A stretch of 64,000 nucleotides of DNA, taken from positions 117,306,001-117,370,000 of the forward strand of contig NC_086108.1 in NCBI RefSeq assembly GCF_963921235.1, given 5' to 3'. This DNA comes from Mobula hypostoma (lineage: Eukaryota). This document shows, piece after piece, positions 25,301-38,700 of this stretch. The notes under the pieces are model-generated. The model was not told where the DNA came from. It ran no database searches and worked only from the letters and a program-made list of their open reading frames with translations. The first letter of the stretch is position 1, and the number at the start of each line of letters is the position of its first letter. The translations under genes and the position numbers were made by a program.

Positions 25301-28300
25301 TGATCTCCAACACTCTATCCCTGTCACTCTGATCTCCATCTCTCTCCCTGTCACTCTGATCTCCCACACTCTCTCCCTGTCACTCTGATCTCCATCTCTC
25401 TCTCCCAGTCACGCTGATCTCCAGCTCTCTTTCCCCGTGACTCTGATCTCCAACACTCTCTCCCTGTCACTCTGATCTCCAGCTCTCTCTCCCTGTCACT
25501 CTGAACTCCATCTCTCTCCATCTTTCATTGCTGATCTCCAACACTCTTTCCCTGTCACTCTGATCTCCCACACTCTCTCCCTGTCACTCTGATCTACATC
25601 TCTCTCTCCGAGCCACTCTGATCTCCAACCCTCTCTCCCTGTCACTCTGATCTCCATCTCTCCGTCCCTGTCACTCTGATCTCCATCTCTCTCTCCCTGT
25701 CACTCTGATCTCCAATACTCTTTCCCTGTCACTCTGTTCCCTATCTCTCTCTCTCTCCCTCTCACTCTGATCTACAACACTCTCTTCATCATTCTGATCT
25801 CCAACACTCTCTCCCTCTCACTCTGATCTCCATCTCTCTCTCCCTGTCACGCTGAGCTCCAACACTCTCTCCCCGTGACTCTGATTTCCAGCACTCTCTC
25901 CCTGTCACTGTGATCTCCATAGCTCTCTCCCTGTCACTCTGATCTCCATCTGTCTCTCCCTGTCACTCTAAACTCCAAAACACTCTCTCCCTGCCACTCT
26001 GATCTCCAACACTCTTTCCCTGTCACTCTGATCTCCAACACTCTCTCCCTGTCACTCTGATCTCCATCTCTCTCTCCCTGTTACTCTGATCTCCAGCACT
26101 CTCTCCCTGTGACTCTGATCTTCAACACTCTCTCTCTGTCACTCTGATCTCCAACACTTTCTCCCTGTCCCTCTGATCTCCAACACTCTCTCCCTGTCAC
26201 TCTGATCTCCATCTCTCTCTCCCAGTCACGCTGATCTCCAACACTCTCTCCCCGTGACTCTGATCTCCAACACTTTCTCCCTGTCACTCTGATCTCCAGC
26301 TCTCTCTCCCGGTCACTCTGAACTCCATCTCTCTCCATCTATCATTGCTGATCTCCAACACTCTTTCCCTGTCACTCTGATCTCCCACACTCTCTCCCTG
26401 TCACTCTGATCTCCATCTCTCTCTCCGAGCCACTCTGATCTCCAAAATTCTCTCCGTCACTCTGACCTCCAACGCTCTCTCCCTGTCATCCTGATCTCCA
26501 ACACCCTCTCCCTGTCACTCTGATCTCCATCTCTCTCCCTGTCACTCTGATCTCCATCTCTCTCTCCCTGTCACGCTGATCTCCAACACTCTCTCCCCGT
26601 GACTCTGATCTCCAGCACTCTCTCCCTGTCACTCTGATCTCCATCTCTCTCTCCCTGTCACTCTGAACTCCATCTCTCTACATCTGTCATTCTGATCTCC
26701 TACCCTCTCTCCCTGTCACTCTGATCTCAATCTCTCCCTCCCTGTCACTCTGATCTCCCACACTCTCTCCGTCATTCTGATCTCCAACACTCTCTCTCAC
26801 TCACTCTGATCAAAAACACTCTCTCGCTGTCACTCTGATCTCCATCTCGCTCTCCCTGTCACTCTGATCTCCATCTCTCTCTCCCTGTCACTCTGATCTC
26901 CAACACTCTCTCCCTGTCACTCTGAACTCCATCTCTTTCCATCTGTCATTCTGATCTCCAACACTCTCTCCCTGTCACTCTTGTCTCCATGTCTCTCCCT
27001 GTCACTCTGCTCTCCATCTCTCTCTCTCCCTGTCACTCTGATCTCCAACACTCTCTCCCTGTCACTCTGATCTCCATCTCTCTCTCCGTCACTCTGATCT
27101 CCATCTCTCTCCATCTGTCACTCTGTTCTCCAACACTCTCTCCCTGTCACTCTGATCTCCATCTCTCTCTCCCTGTCACTTTGATCTCCAACATTCTATC
27201 CTTGTCACTCTGATCTGCAACACTCTCTCCCTGTCACTCTGTTCTCCATCTCTCTCTCCCTGTCACTCTGATCTCCAACACTTTCTCCCTGTCATTCTGA
27301 TCTCCAACGCTCTCCCCCTGTCACTCTGATCTCCATCTCTCTCTCCCTGTCACTCTGATCTCCAGCACTCTCTCCCTGTGACTCTGATCTTCAACACTCT
27401 CTCCCTGTCACTCTTATCTCCAACACTTTCTCCCTGTCCGTCTGATCTCCAGCACTCTCTCCCTGTCACTCTGATCTCCATCTCTCTCTCCCAGTCACGC
27501 TGATCTACACCACTCTCTCCCCGTGACTCTGATCTCCAACACTCTCTCCCTGTCACTCTGATCTCCAGCTCTCTCTCCCTTCACTCTGATCTCCATCCCT
27601 CTCTCCCTGTCACTCTGATCTCCAACACCCTCTCCCTGTCACTGTAATCTCAATCTCTCTCTACGTCACTCTGATCTCCATCTCACTCTCCCAGTCACGC
27701 TGATCTCCAACACTCTCTCCCCGTGACTCTGATCTCCAGCACTCTTTCCTTGTCACTGTGATCTCCATCTCTCTCTTCCTGTCACTCTGAACTCCATCTC
27801 TCTCCATCTGTCATTCTGATCTCCAACACTCTCTCTCTGTCACTCTGATCTCCATCTCTCTCTCCCAGTCACGCTGATCTCCAACACTCTCTCCCCGTGA
27901 CTCTGACCTCCAACGCTCTCTCCCTGTCATCCTGATCTCCATCTCTCTCTCCCTTCACTCTGATCTCCATCCCTCTCTCCCTGTCACTCTGATCTCCAAC
28001 ACTCTCTCCCTCTCACTCTGATCAACAACACTCTCTCCCTGTCACTCTGATCTCCATCTCTCTCTCCCTGTCACTCTGATCTCCATCTCTCTCTCCCTGT
28101 CACTCTGATCTCCAACACTCTCTCCCTGTCACTCTGAACTCCATCTCTTTCCATCTGTCATTCTGATCTCCAACACTCTCACCCTGTCACTCTGATCTCC
28201 ATCTCTCTCTGCCTATCCCTCTGATCTTCATCTCTCTCTCCCTGTCACTCTGATCTCCAACACTCTCTCCCTGTCACTCTGAACTCCATCTCTTTCCATC

Positions 28301-30700
28301 TGTCATTCTGATCTCCAACACTCTCACCCTGTCACTCTGATCACCATCTCTCTCCCTGTCACTCTGATCTCCATCTCTCTCCATCTGAACCTCTGATCTC
28401 CAACACCTTCTCCCTGTCACTCTGATCTCTTTCTCTCTCCCTGTCACTCTGATCTCCATCTCTCTCTCCCTGTCACTCTGATCTCCAACACACTCTCCTT
28501 GTCACTCTGATCTCCAACACTCTCTCCCTGTCACTCTGTTCTCCATCTCTCTCTCCCTGTCACTCTGATCTCCAACACTTTCTCCCTGTCACTCTGATCT
28601 CCAACGCTCTCCCCTGTCACTCTGATCTCCATCTCTCTCTACATGTCACTCTGATCTCCATCTCTCTCTCCCTGTCACTCTCATCTCCATCCCTCTCTCC
28701 CTGTCACTCTGATCTCCGTCTCTCTCTCCCTGTCACTGTGATCTCCAACGCTCTCCCCCTCACTCTGATCTCCAACAAACTTTCCCTGTCACTCTGATCT
28801 CCAACACTCTCTCCCTGTCACTCTGATCTCCATCTCTCTCTCCCTGTCACTCTGATCTCCAGCACTCTCTCCCTGTGACTCTGATCTTCAACACTCTCTC
28901 CCTGTCACTCTTATCTCCAACACTTTCTCCCTGTCCGTCTGATCTCCAGCACTCTCTCCCAGTCACTCTGATCTCCATCTCTCTCCCAGTCACACTGATC
29001 TCCAACACTCTCTCCCCGTGACTCTGACCTCCAACACTCTTTCCCTGTCACTCTGATCTCCAGCTCTCTCTCCCTGTCACTCTGAACTCCATCTCTTTCC
29101 ATCTGTCATTCTGATCTCCAACACTCTTTCCCTGTCACTCTGATCTCCATTTCTCTCTCCTAGCCACTCTGATCTCCAACATTCTCTCCCTGTCACTCTG
29201 ATCTCCAACACTCTCTCCCTGTCATCCTGATCTCCATCTCTCTCTCCCTTCACTCTGATCTCCATCCCTCTCTCCCTGTCACTCTGATCTCCAACACCCT
29301 CTCCGTCACTCTGATCTCCATCTCTCTCTCCCTGTCACTCTGATCTCCATCTCTCTCTCCCCGTCAGTCTGAACTCCATCTCTCTCCATCTGTCATTCTG
29401 ATCTCCAACACTCTCTCCCTGTCACTCTGATCTCCATCTCTCTCTCCCTGTCACTCTGATCTCCATCTCTCTCTCCCTGTCACTCTGATCTCCAACACTC
29501 TCTCCCTGTCACTCTGATCTTCATCTCTCTCTTCCTGTCACTCTGATCTCCAACACTCTTTCCCTGTCACTCTGTTCTCTATCTCTCTCTCTCTCTGTCA
29601 CTCTGATCTCCAACACTCTCTCCCTCTCACTCTGATCTACAACACTCTCTCCCTATCACTCTGATCTCCATCTCTCTCTCCCTGTCACTCTGATCTTCAA
29701 CACTCTCTCCTTATCACTCTGATCTCCAACACTCTCTCCCTCTCACTCTGATCTACAACACCCTGTGACTCTGATCTCCAACACTCTCTCCCTGTCACTC
29801 TGATCTCCATCTCTCTCTTCTTGTCACTCTGATCTCCAACACTCTCTCCCTGTCACTCTGATCTCCAACACTCTCTCCCTGTCACTCTGATCTCCAACAC
29901 TCTCTCCCTGTCATTCTGATCTCCAACACTTTCTCCCTGTCCCTATGATATCCAACACTCTCTCCCTGGCACTCTGTTCTCCAAGACTTTCTCCCTGTCA
30001 CTCTGATCTCGATCTCTCTCTCCCTGTCACTCTGATCTCCATCTCTCTCTCCCTGTCACTCTGATCTCCATCTCTCTCTCCCCGTCACTCTGAACTCCAT
30101 CTCTCTCCATCTGTCATTCTGATCTCCAACACTCTCTCCCTGTCACTCTGATCTCCATCTCTCTCTCCCTGTCACTCTGATCTCCATCTCTCTCTCCCTG
30201 TCACTCTGATCTCCAACACTCTCTCCCTGTCACTCTGATCTCCAACACTCTCTCCCTGTCACTGTGATCTCCAACACTCTCTCCCTGTCATTCTGATCTC
30301 CAACACTTTCTCCCTGTCCCTCTGATATCCAACACTCTCTCCCTGGCACTCTGTTCTCCAAGACTTTCTCCCTGTCACTCTGATCTCGATCTCTCTCTCC
30401 CTGTCACTCTGATCTCCATCTCTCTCTCCCTGTCACTCTAATCTCCAACACTCTCTCCCTGTCACTCTGAACTCTATCTCTTTCCATCTGTCATTCTGAT
30501 CTCCAACACTCTCATCCCGTCACTCTGATCTCCATCTCTCTCTCCGTCACTCTGATCTCCATCTCTCTCTCCGTCACTCTGATCTCCATCTCTCCCTCCC
30601 TGTCACTCATCTTTCCCATCTCTCTGTCACTCCGCTTTCTTTCCCTGTTATACTGCTGTTCCTCGCCCCTCTCTCTCCCTGTCACTCTGCACTGCATCTC
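19400..30700. repeat. ~11 kb tandem array of a 29-bp unit (mini/satellite) in intron 1
   Basis: Two interspersed 29-mers, CTCTCTCCCTGTCACTCTGATCTCCAACA and CTCTCTCTCCCTGTCACTCTGATCTCCAT; regular from ~19720 to ~30590 with degenerate ends; roughly 380 units by length/29. Confidence 0.97.
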
Positions 30701-31149
30701 TCTCTCCTTGAATAACTTTATCGTCTTGCAAAGGGTCCCTGGTGAAAATGTTTCAGTTAATGAGTGTGGATTAATCACAGGTCTTTTTCTCTGGAATGAA
30801 AGGGAAGTTTACGCTGCATGGGGAGGGATGCTGACTAAATGAGTCACTGGGCTGACCAAGGGAGTGGTCCTGTGCCCAGGCAGCATCTTACAGGTCCTGT
30901 GATCTGTGTGATTTGACCTCAGAACTGGAATGAAAGGCAGAGAGCTTGAATGTTTAAATATTTAATGACTGTGATTCCACCTCGTTAATGCTGATTGGGA
31001 TTTCAGAATCATTGATTTTACCATCCATTGGCTGTCTTATTCTGTTACAGTCGAATCAATTGCAATTTTGTGAACAATGGTAATATATCAAAGCATGATG
31101 TTAACTGCAGAGAACCACTCAGCACACTGAGTCAGTTGACACCTTTGAC

Positions 31150-31380
31150 ATCAATCTTACACTGATCTCATTTCACTCCCAACAGCCCTGGGCAGATTCC
31201 ACCCCTCACCCACACATTGGTGACAATTTACAGCAGCCAATTAACCCAGTGACCCACATGTCTTTGGGATGTGGGAGGGCACCAGGGCACCTGGGGGAAA
31301 CCGCCATGGACACAGAGTGAACATGCATACTCCACACGGACAGCACCAGAGTTCAGGATTGATCCCAGATCTGTGTAACT
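31150..31380 (-). mobile_element. HE1/V-SINE-like element
   Basis: tctttgggatgtgggagg..actccacacggacagcacc..caggattga is the reverse complement of the 46611-46935 family. Confidence 0.75.
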
Positions 31381-31389
31381 GTTAAACAC

Positions 31390-31770
31390 AAAAACAAAAG
31401 AAATAGAAGCAGGAGTCGGCCATCTGACCCATCGAGCCTGCTCCACCATTCAATAACATCATGGCTAATCTGGCCATGGACTCACCTCCACCTACCTGCC
31501 TTTTTCACAGAACCCTTAATTCCCCTACTATGCAAAAATCTGCCCAAACTTGTCCTAAATATATTTACTGAGGTAGCTTCCACTGCTTCATTGGGCAGAG
31601 AATTCCACAGATTTACCACTCCGTGGGAAAAGCAGTTCCTCCTCATCTCCATCCTAAATCTACTCCCCTGAATCTTGAGGCTATGTCCCACAGTTCTAGT
31701 CTCACCTACCAGTGCAAGCAACTTTCCTGCCTCTATTATTATATGTCCTTCTCATAATGTTATGTTTCTA
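31390..31770 (-). mobile_element. Older CR1 3' part (host), resuming at 33295-33435
   Basis: ORF 31482-31721 (FSHGVVNLWNSLP); the sequence continues on the far side of the nested element. Confidence 0.8.
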
Positions 31771-33287
31771 GAAACATAGAAAATAGGTGCAGGAGTAGGC
31801 TATTCGGCCGTTCGAGCCTGCACCGCTATTCAGTATGATCATGGCTGATCATCCAACTCAGAACCCTGTACCTGCCTTCTCTCCATACCCCCGATCCCTT
31901 CAGCCATAAGGGCCCTATCTAACTCCCTCTTAAATATAGCTAATGAACTGGCCTCAACTGTTTCCTGTGGCAGAGAATTCCACAAATTCATCACTCTCTG
32001 TGTGAAGAAGTTTTCCCTCATCTCGGTCCTAAAATGCTTCCCCTTTATCCTCAAACTGTGACCCCTCGTTCTGGGCTTCCCCAACATCGGGAACAATCTT
32101 CCTACATCTAGCCTATCCAATCCCTTTAGAACTTTATACGTTTCAATAAGATCCCCCCTCAATCTTCTAAATTCCAGAGAGTATAAGCCTAGCCGATCCA
32201 GCCTTTCATCATATGAAAGTCCTGCCATCCCAGGAATCAATCTGGTGAACCTTCTTTGTACCTCCTCTATGGCAAGAATGTCTTTCCTCAGATTAGGGGA
32301 CCAAAACTGCACACAATAGTCCAGGTGTGGTCTCACCAAGGCCTTGTACAACTGCAGTAGTACCTCTCTGCTCCTGTACTCGAATCCTCTTGCTATGAAT
32401 GCCAGCATACCATTCGCCTTTTTCACCGCCTGCTGTACCTGCATGCCCACTTTCAATGACTGGTGTACAATGATACCCAGGTCTCGTTGCACCTCCCCTA
32501 TTCCTAATCAGCCACCATTCTGTTTTCCTATTTTTCCCACCAAAGTGGATAACTTCACATTTATCCACATTAAGTTGCATCTGCCATGAATTTGCCCACT
32601 CACCTAACCTATCCAAGTCACCCTGCATCCTCTTAGCATCCTCCTCACAGCTAACACTGCCGCCCAGCTTCGTGTCATCCGCAAACTCGGAGATGCTGCA
32701 TTTAATTCCCTCGTCTAAGTCATTAATATATATTGTAAACAACTGGGGTCCCAGCACTGAGCCTTGCGGTACCCCGCTAGTCACTTCCTGCCATTCTGAA
32801 AAGGTCCTGTTTATTCCCACTCTTTGCTTCCTGTCTGCCAACCAATTCTCTATCCACATCAATACCTTACCCCGTGTACCGTGTACTAATACCGTGTACT
32901 TTAAGTTTGCACACTAATCTCCTGTGTGGGACCTTGTCAAAAGCCTTTTGAAAATCCAGATATACCACATCCGCTGGTTCTCTCCTATCCACTCGACTAG
33001 TTACATCCCAAAAAATTCTATGAGATTCGTCAGACATGATTTTCCTTTCACAAATCCATGCTGACTTTGTCCGATGATTTCACCGCTTTCCAAATGGGCT
33101 GTTATCACATCTTTGATAACTGACTCTGGCATTTTCCCCACCACCGATGTCAGGCTTACCGGTCTATAATTCCCTGATTTCTCTCTCCCTCCTTTTTTAA
33201 AAAATGGGGTTACATTAGCCACCCTCCAATCCTCAGGAACTAATCCAGAATCTAAAGAGTTTTGAAAAATTATCACTAATCTAAAGA
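31771..33287 (-). mobile_element. CR1 LINE, 5'-truncated (RT), nested, 7-bp TSD
   Basis: ORFs 31839-32492, 32293-32862 and 33001-33276 carry RT motifs; TSD gtttcta at 31764-31770 / 33288-33294. Confidence 0.92.
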
Positions 33288-33547
33288 GTTTCTACAAGAT
33301 CTCCTCTCATTCTTCTGAATTCCAGCAAGTACAGTCCCAGGTGACTCAATCTCTCCTCATGGTCTAACCCCCTCGTCTCTGGAATCAACCTGGGGAACCT
33401 CCTCTGCACTGTCTCCAAATCCAGTATATCCTTCCAACAGCTGCTGTGGCCTGCTGTTCCATAATAATAGATGCAGGTTTAAAGTCTGGGGGTTTAAGGG
33501 GCACTGAGGGGCAGGTTTTTCACACAGAGAGTAGGAACTAGCTATTA

Positions 33548-34003
33548 GTTGCCTGGATTGGGGAGCATGCCTTATGAGAATAGGTTGAGTGAACTCGGCC
33601 TTTTCTCCTTGGAGCGGTGGAAGATGAGAGGTGACCTGATAGAGGTGTACAAGATGATGAGAGGCATTGATTGTGTGGAAAGTCAGAGGCTTTTTCCCAG
33701 GGCTGAAATGGCTAACACGAGAGGGCAGAGTTTTAAGGTGCTTGGAAGTAGGTACAGAGGAAATGTCAGGGGTAAGTTTTTTACACAGAGAGTGGTGAGT
33801 GTGTGGAATGGGCTCCCGGCGACAGTGGTGGAGGCGGATACAATAGGGTCTTTTAAGAGACTCCTGGATAGGTAAATGGAGCTTCGTAAATAGAGGACTA
33901 TGGGTAACCTTAAGTAATTTCTAAAGTAAGTACATGTTTGGCACAGCATTCTGGGCCGAAGACCTGTATTGTGCTGTATGTTTCCCATGTTTCTATGTTT
34001 CTT
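33548..34003 (+). mobile_element. Short 5'-truncated CR1 (same subfamily as 13230-17375)
   Basis: LPGLGSMPYENRLSELGLFSLER..; tail tttcccatgtttctatgttt. Confidence 0.9.
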
Positions 34004-34469
34004 CTATTCGAGGTAGGGACAATTACAACATTTAAAGATCCTTGGGCAAGTAGCAGGTTTGGGGCAATCTGGGCTGAATGCAGTCAAATCAGATGTGTTC
34101 AGTTTGGCAAATTGATTGGCATGAACAAGCTGGGCCAGAGGGGCTTGTTCTGTGTATGAGTCTGTGACATGAGTAATGTTGCCAACTTCTGCTCCAGAAC
34201 AGAGATTCCACGTGGTACTGGCCACATTAGGACTGGGGCAGGAAGTTGCTCCGATCTGGGAGAAAGTTTCAAGGGAGTTGAACAATTTCCCATTCCTCAG
34301 ACTAATCAGTTCATCAAATCTATTCTTGATCCCAGACCGATCTCACACACATTCATTTTCCCTGTAATCTATGAACATATAATATCAAGAGAGGTCCTAA
34401 AACCCGAAGACAGAGGTTTAGGATAAAGAGTGAAAGGTTTAGAGGGGATTGAAGAAAGAGTTTTTTTCC

Positions 34470-35764
34470 CAGTGTGGAGGAGAGGATTGGAATGAGAGTT
34501 CACATTAGCGGTGGACCAATCGATTCGAAGAGAGAGAGCGAGGTTCGCTCAGGTCAGGGAGAAGAGTTTAATAAAGGAGCGTTTCGCGGGGCTCAACACA
34601 TTAGCAGCAGACTAATCGAATCACGATTCATTAGCAGGAGCAAATTAAGCAGGGTCAAAGCAGAGCAGGCATTGTGAGAGGACCAGTGTAGGATAGGACC
34701 TTGAGGCTTTGGAGGCACAGGTAAGTAGCAGGTAAGGATTTTGTAGTGGTTGAATGAAAAGTAATTAAATTACAGCTAATTAAAAAAAGTAGGGATGATG
34801 CAGGATCAAGTGATGTGCTGTTCTGCATGATGTGGGAGCTGGTGGACCCCATTATAGTTCCTGATGACCACATCTGCAGCAAGTGTTGGCTGCTCGAGGA
34901 ACTGAGGCTCAAAACTGGTGACCTGGAATCTGGGCTTCAAATGCTGCAGCACATCAGGGAGTGGGGGAGTTACCTGGATTCTCTGTTTCAGGAGGGAGTC
35001 ACGGCCTCAAATTCAGTCTGTGGTCAGGGACAAGAGGGTCTGACTATGAGTGAGGTGGGTAGTGGAATCAGTGTTGGAGGAGCCTCAGATCTTGAGCTTG
35101 TCCAACAGGTCTGAGATTTTTGCCCCCTGTGTGGAATGGGGGGCTGTAGGAAGGATGAGCAACCTAACTGAGGCACTGTAGTTCAGGGAGCCATTCAAGA
35201 GAGGGAGAGAAGAGAAATGTAGTGGTAATTAGGGATAGTACAGTCAGGTGAATAGACAGAGTTCTCTGTCTGGAAGATAGAGTTGGGTTGCCTCCCCAAA
35301 ATCAGGACATCTTATCTGACCTACAGAGGAATTTGCAGTGGGAGGGGAAAGACCCAGTTGTCATGGTCCATGTGGATACCAACAACATAGGTAGAATGAG
35401 GAAAGAGGTTCTGCTGAGAGAAATTGAGCATCTAGGATCTAAATTAAAAAGCAGAACCAAAGAGGCAGTAATGTCTGGATTACTACTGAAGCCACGTGCA
35501 AATTGGCATAGGGTGAAGAAGATTAGAGAGTTGAATGCATGGCCCAGGGATTGGTGTGGGAGAAGTGGGTTTGAATTCATGGGAAATTGGCACCAGTATT
35601 GGGGAAGGAGGGAGCTGTACCAATGGGACGGGCTCCACCTGAACTGTGATGGGACCTGGATCTTAGCGAATCGCATAACTAGGGCTGTGGATAGGGCTTT
35701 AAACTAAATAGTAAGGGAGTGGGCTCAACAAATTGGAGAAATATGGATAAAGTAAAAAGAAAAT
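34470..35764 (+). mobile_element. Older CR1 5' UTR + ORF1 (host), resuming at ~39398-39895 with the start of its ORF2 APE
   Basis: Zn-finger remnant ..CMMWE..HICSKC, VHVDTNN and DGLHLN; 39511 onward reads LNARHVRNKV..AITETWL. Confidence 0.8.
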
Positions 35765-38700
35765 TTTAATACAAGAAGCATCATGAACAAAGCAGATGAG
35801 ATTAGAGCATGGATCAGTACTTGGAGCTATGATGTTGTGGCCATTACAGAGACTTGGATGGCTCAGGGGCAGGAATGGCTACTTCGAGTGCCAGGCTTTA
35901 GATGTTTCAGAAAGGACAGGGAGGGAGGCAAAAGAGGTGGGGGCGTGGCACTGGTGATCAGAGATAGTGTCACGGCTGCAGAAAAGTAGGAAGTCATGGA
36001 GGGATTGTCTACTGAATCTCTGTGGGTGGAAGTTAGAAACAGGAAGGGGTCAATAACTCTCCTGGGTGTTTTTCATAGCCCACCCAATAGTAACAGGGGC
36101 AACGATGAACAGATAGGGAGACAGATTTTGAAAAGGTGTAATAATAAGAGGGTTGTCGAGATGGGAGATTTTAATTTCCCAAATATTGATTGGCATCGCC
36201 CGAGAGCAAGGTGTTTAGATGGGGTAGAATTTGTTAGGTGAGTTCAGGAAGATTTCCTGACACAATAGGTAGATAAGCCTACAAGAGGAGAGGCTGTACT
36301 TGATCTCGTATTGGGAAATGTACCTGGTGAGATGGCAGGTCTCTCAGTGGAAGAGCATTTTGGAGATAGTGATCACAATCCTATCTACCTTAGCATAGCA
36401 CTGGAGAGCGATAGGAACAGACAAGTTAGGAAAGACTTTAATTGGAGTAAGGGGAAATATGAAGCTATCACAGGAAATTGGAAGCATAAATTGGGAACAG
36501 ATGTTCTCAGGGAAATATAGGGCAGAAATGTGGCAAATTTTCAGGGGATCTTTGTGTGGCATTCTGCATAGGTATGTTCTAATGAGACAGGGAAAGGATG
36601 GTAGGGTACAGGAATCGTGGTGTACAAAGGCTGTTGAAATCTCGTCAAGAAGAAGAGAAAAGTCTACGAAAGGTTCAAAAAACTAAGTAATGATAGAGAT
36701 CTAGAAGGTTACAAGGCTAGGAGGAAGGAGCTTAAGAATGAAATTAGAAGAGCCAGAAGGGGCCATGAGAAGGCCTTGGCGAGCAGGATTAAGGAAAACC
36801 CCAAGGCATTCTACAAGTATGTGAAGAGCAAGAGGATAAGACGTGAGAGAATAGGACCAATCAAGTGTGACAGTGGAAATGTGTATATTCAAGATTCAAA
36901 GATTCAAGATTCAAGATTCAAAAAACTTTATTGTCATTCTAACCATACATCAGCTCTGCAGGGCAGAATGAGACAGCGTTTCTCAGGGGCAGTGCAATCA
37001 TAACATAACAAACGCAACACTAAATAATAAACATAACAATAAATAGTAAAACACAACAGCCACATGTCAGTTAAATCAGTTATAAGTGTCCAGTGCAAGT
37101 TAAAAGTGTCCAAAGCAGAGTCAGGTGGAGCAGCTATTTAGCAGTCTGACTGCCTGTGGGAGGAAGCTGTTTAGTAGTCTTGTGGTTTTAGTTTTGATGC
37201 TCCTCTAACGTTTGCCTGATGGCAGAAGAACAAACAGTTCATGGAGAGGTTGTGAGGGGTCTTTAATGATGTACCGTGTCTTCTGGAGGCATCGACTCTG
37301 AAAGAGGTCTTGGACAGAAGGTAGGGAGACCCCAATAACCTTCTCTGCTCCCCTAACCACCCTCTGCAAGGCTTTTTTGTCGACAGCACTGCAGCTGGAG
37401 TACCAGGTTGTGATGCAAAAGGTCAGCACACTCTCAACCACGCCTCTGTAGAATGTAGTTAAGATGTTAGTGGGGAGTGATGCTTGTTTAAGCTTCCTCA
37501 GAAAGTGCAATCTCTGCTGGGCCCGTTTCACAATCCCAGTGATGTTCCTGGACCAGGTGAGATTGTCCGAGATCAGCACCCCAAGGAACTTGATGTTTTC
37601 CACTCTCTCCACTGTGCAGCCGCTGATGCTGAGGGGTGTGTGCTCAGGCTGAGCCCGTCTGAAATCGACGATCATCTCCTTGGTTTTGGTGACATTAAGC
37701 ATCAAGTTGTTATCCCTGAACCAGCTCTCTAGGTGTTTGACCTCCTCCCTGTACATAGTTTCATCATTTTTGCTGATGAGCCCCACCACTGTGGTATCAT
37801 CTGCAAATTTAATGATCAGGTTCTCCTTGAATCTGGCTGGACAGTCATGTGTTAGCAGTGCAAACAGCAATGGGCTAAGCACACAGCCTTGTGGGGATCC
37901 AGTGCTCAGTGTGATGGAGTCAGAGATGTTCCTGCCAAAACAGACTGACTGTGGTCTCTCTGTCAAGAAATCCAGAATCCAGCGACACATGGCAGTGTTA
38001 AGGCCAAGCAGCGACAGTTTCTCCACTAGTCTCTGCGGGATGATGGTGTTGAACGCTGAACTGAAATCAATGTATAGGATTCTGGCATAAGTGTCTTTGT
38101 TGTCCAAGTGAGAGCACTGTGGTGGATATTGCATCCTCCGTTGAGCAAATTGGACGTTAAGCAAACTGTAGAGGATCCAGCGATGAGGGGAAGCTGGCTG
38201 TGATATGAGGCTTGACAAGCCGTTCAAACATATGGAACCGGAGGTGATCGCAGAAGTACTTAATGAATACTTTACTTCAGTATTCACTGTGGAAAACGAT
38301 CTCGGCGATTGCAGGGATGACTTGGAGCGGATTGACATAAGAAAGAGGATGTGCTGGAGTTTTGGAAAGCATCATGTTGGATAAGTCTCTGGGACCGGAT
38401 AAGATAAACCCAAGCTATTGTGGGAAGCCAGGGAGGAGATTACTGAGCCTCTGGTGATGATCTTTGCATTATCAATGGGGATGGAAGAGGTTCCAGAGGA
38501 TTGGAGAATTGCAGATGTTGTTCCCTTATTCAAGAAAAGGAGCAGAAATAGCCTTGGAAATTATAGACCAGTGAGTCTTACTTCTGTGTTTGGTAAGTTG
38601 ATGGAAAAGATCCTGAGAGGCAGAATTTATGAACACTTGGAGAGGCATATTATGATTAGGAATAGTCAGCATGGCTTTGTCAAAGGCAGGTCATGCCTTA

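Noticed and set aside
19720..30590. CRISPR-like array (29-bp repeats)
   Set aside because: Units are head-to-tail with no unique spacers, there are no cas genes, and the context is eukaryotic.
21642..30778. Many ORFs of MEIRVTGRE../SLPVTLIS.. type
   Set aside because: Translations of the 29-bp array; the unit length is not a multiple of 3 and frames are randomly broken.
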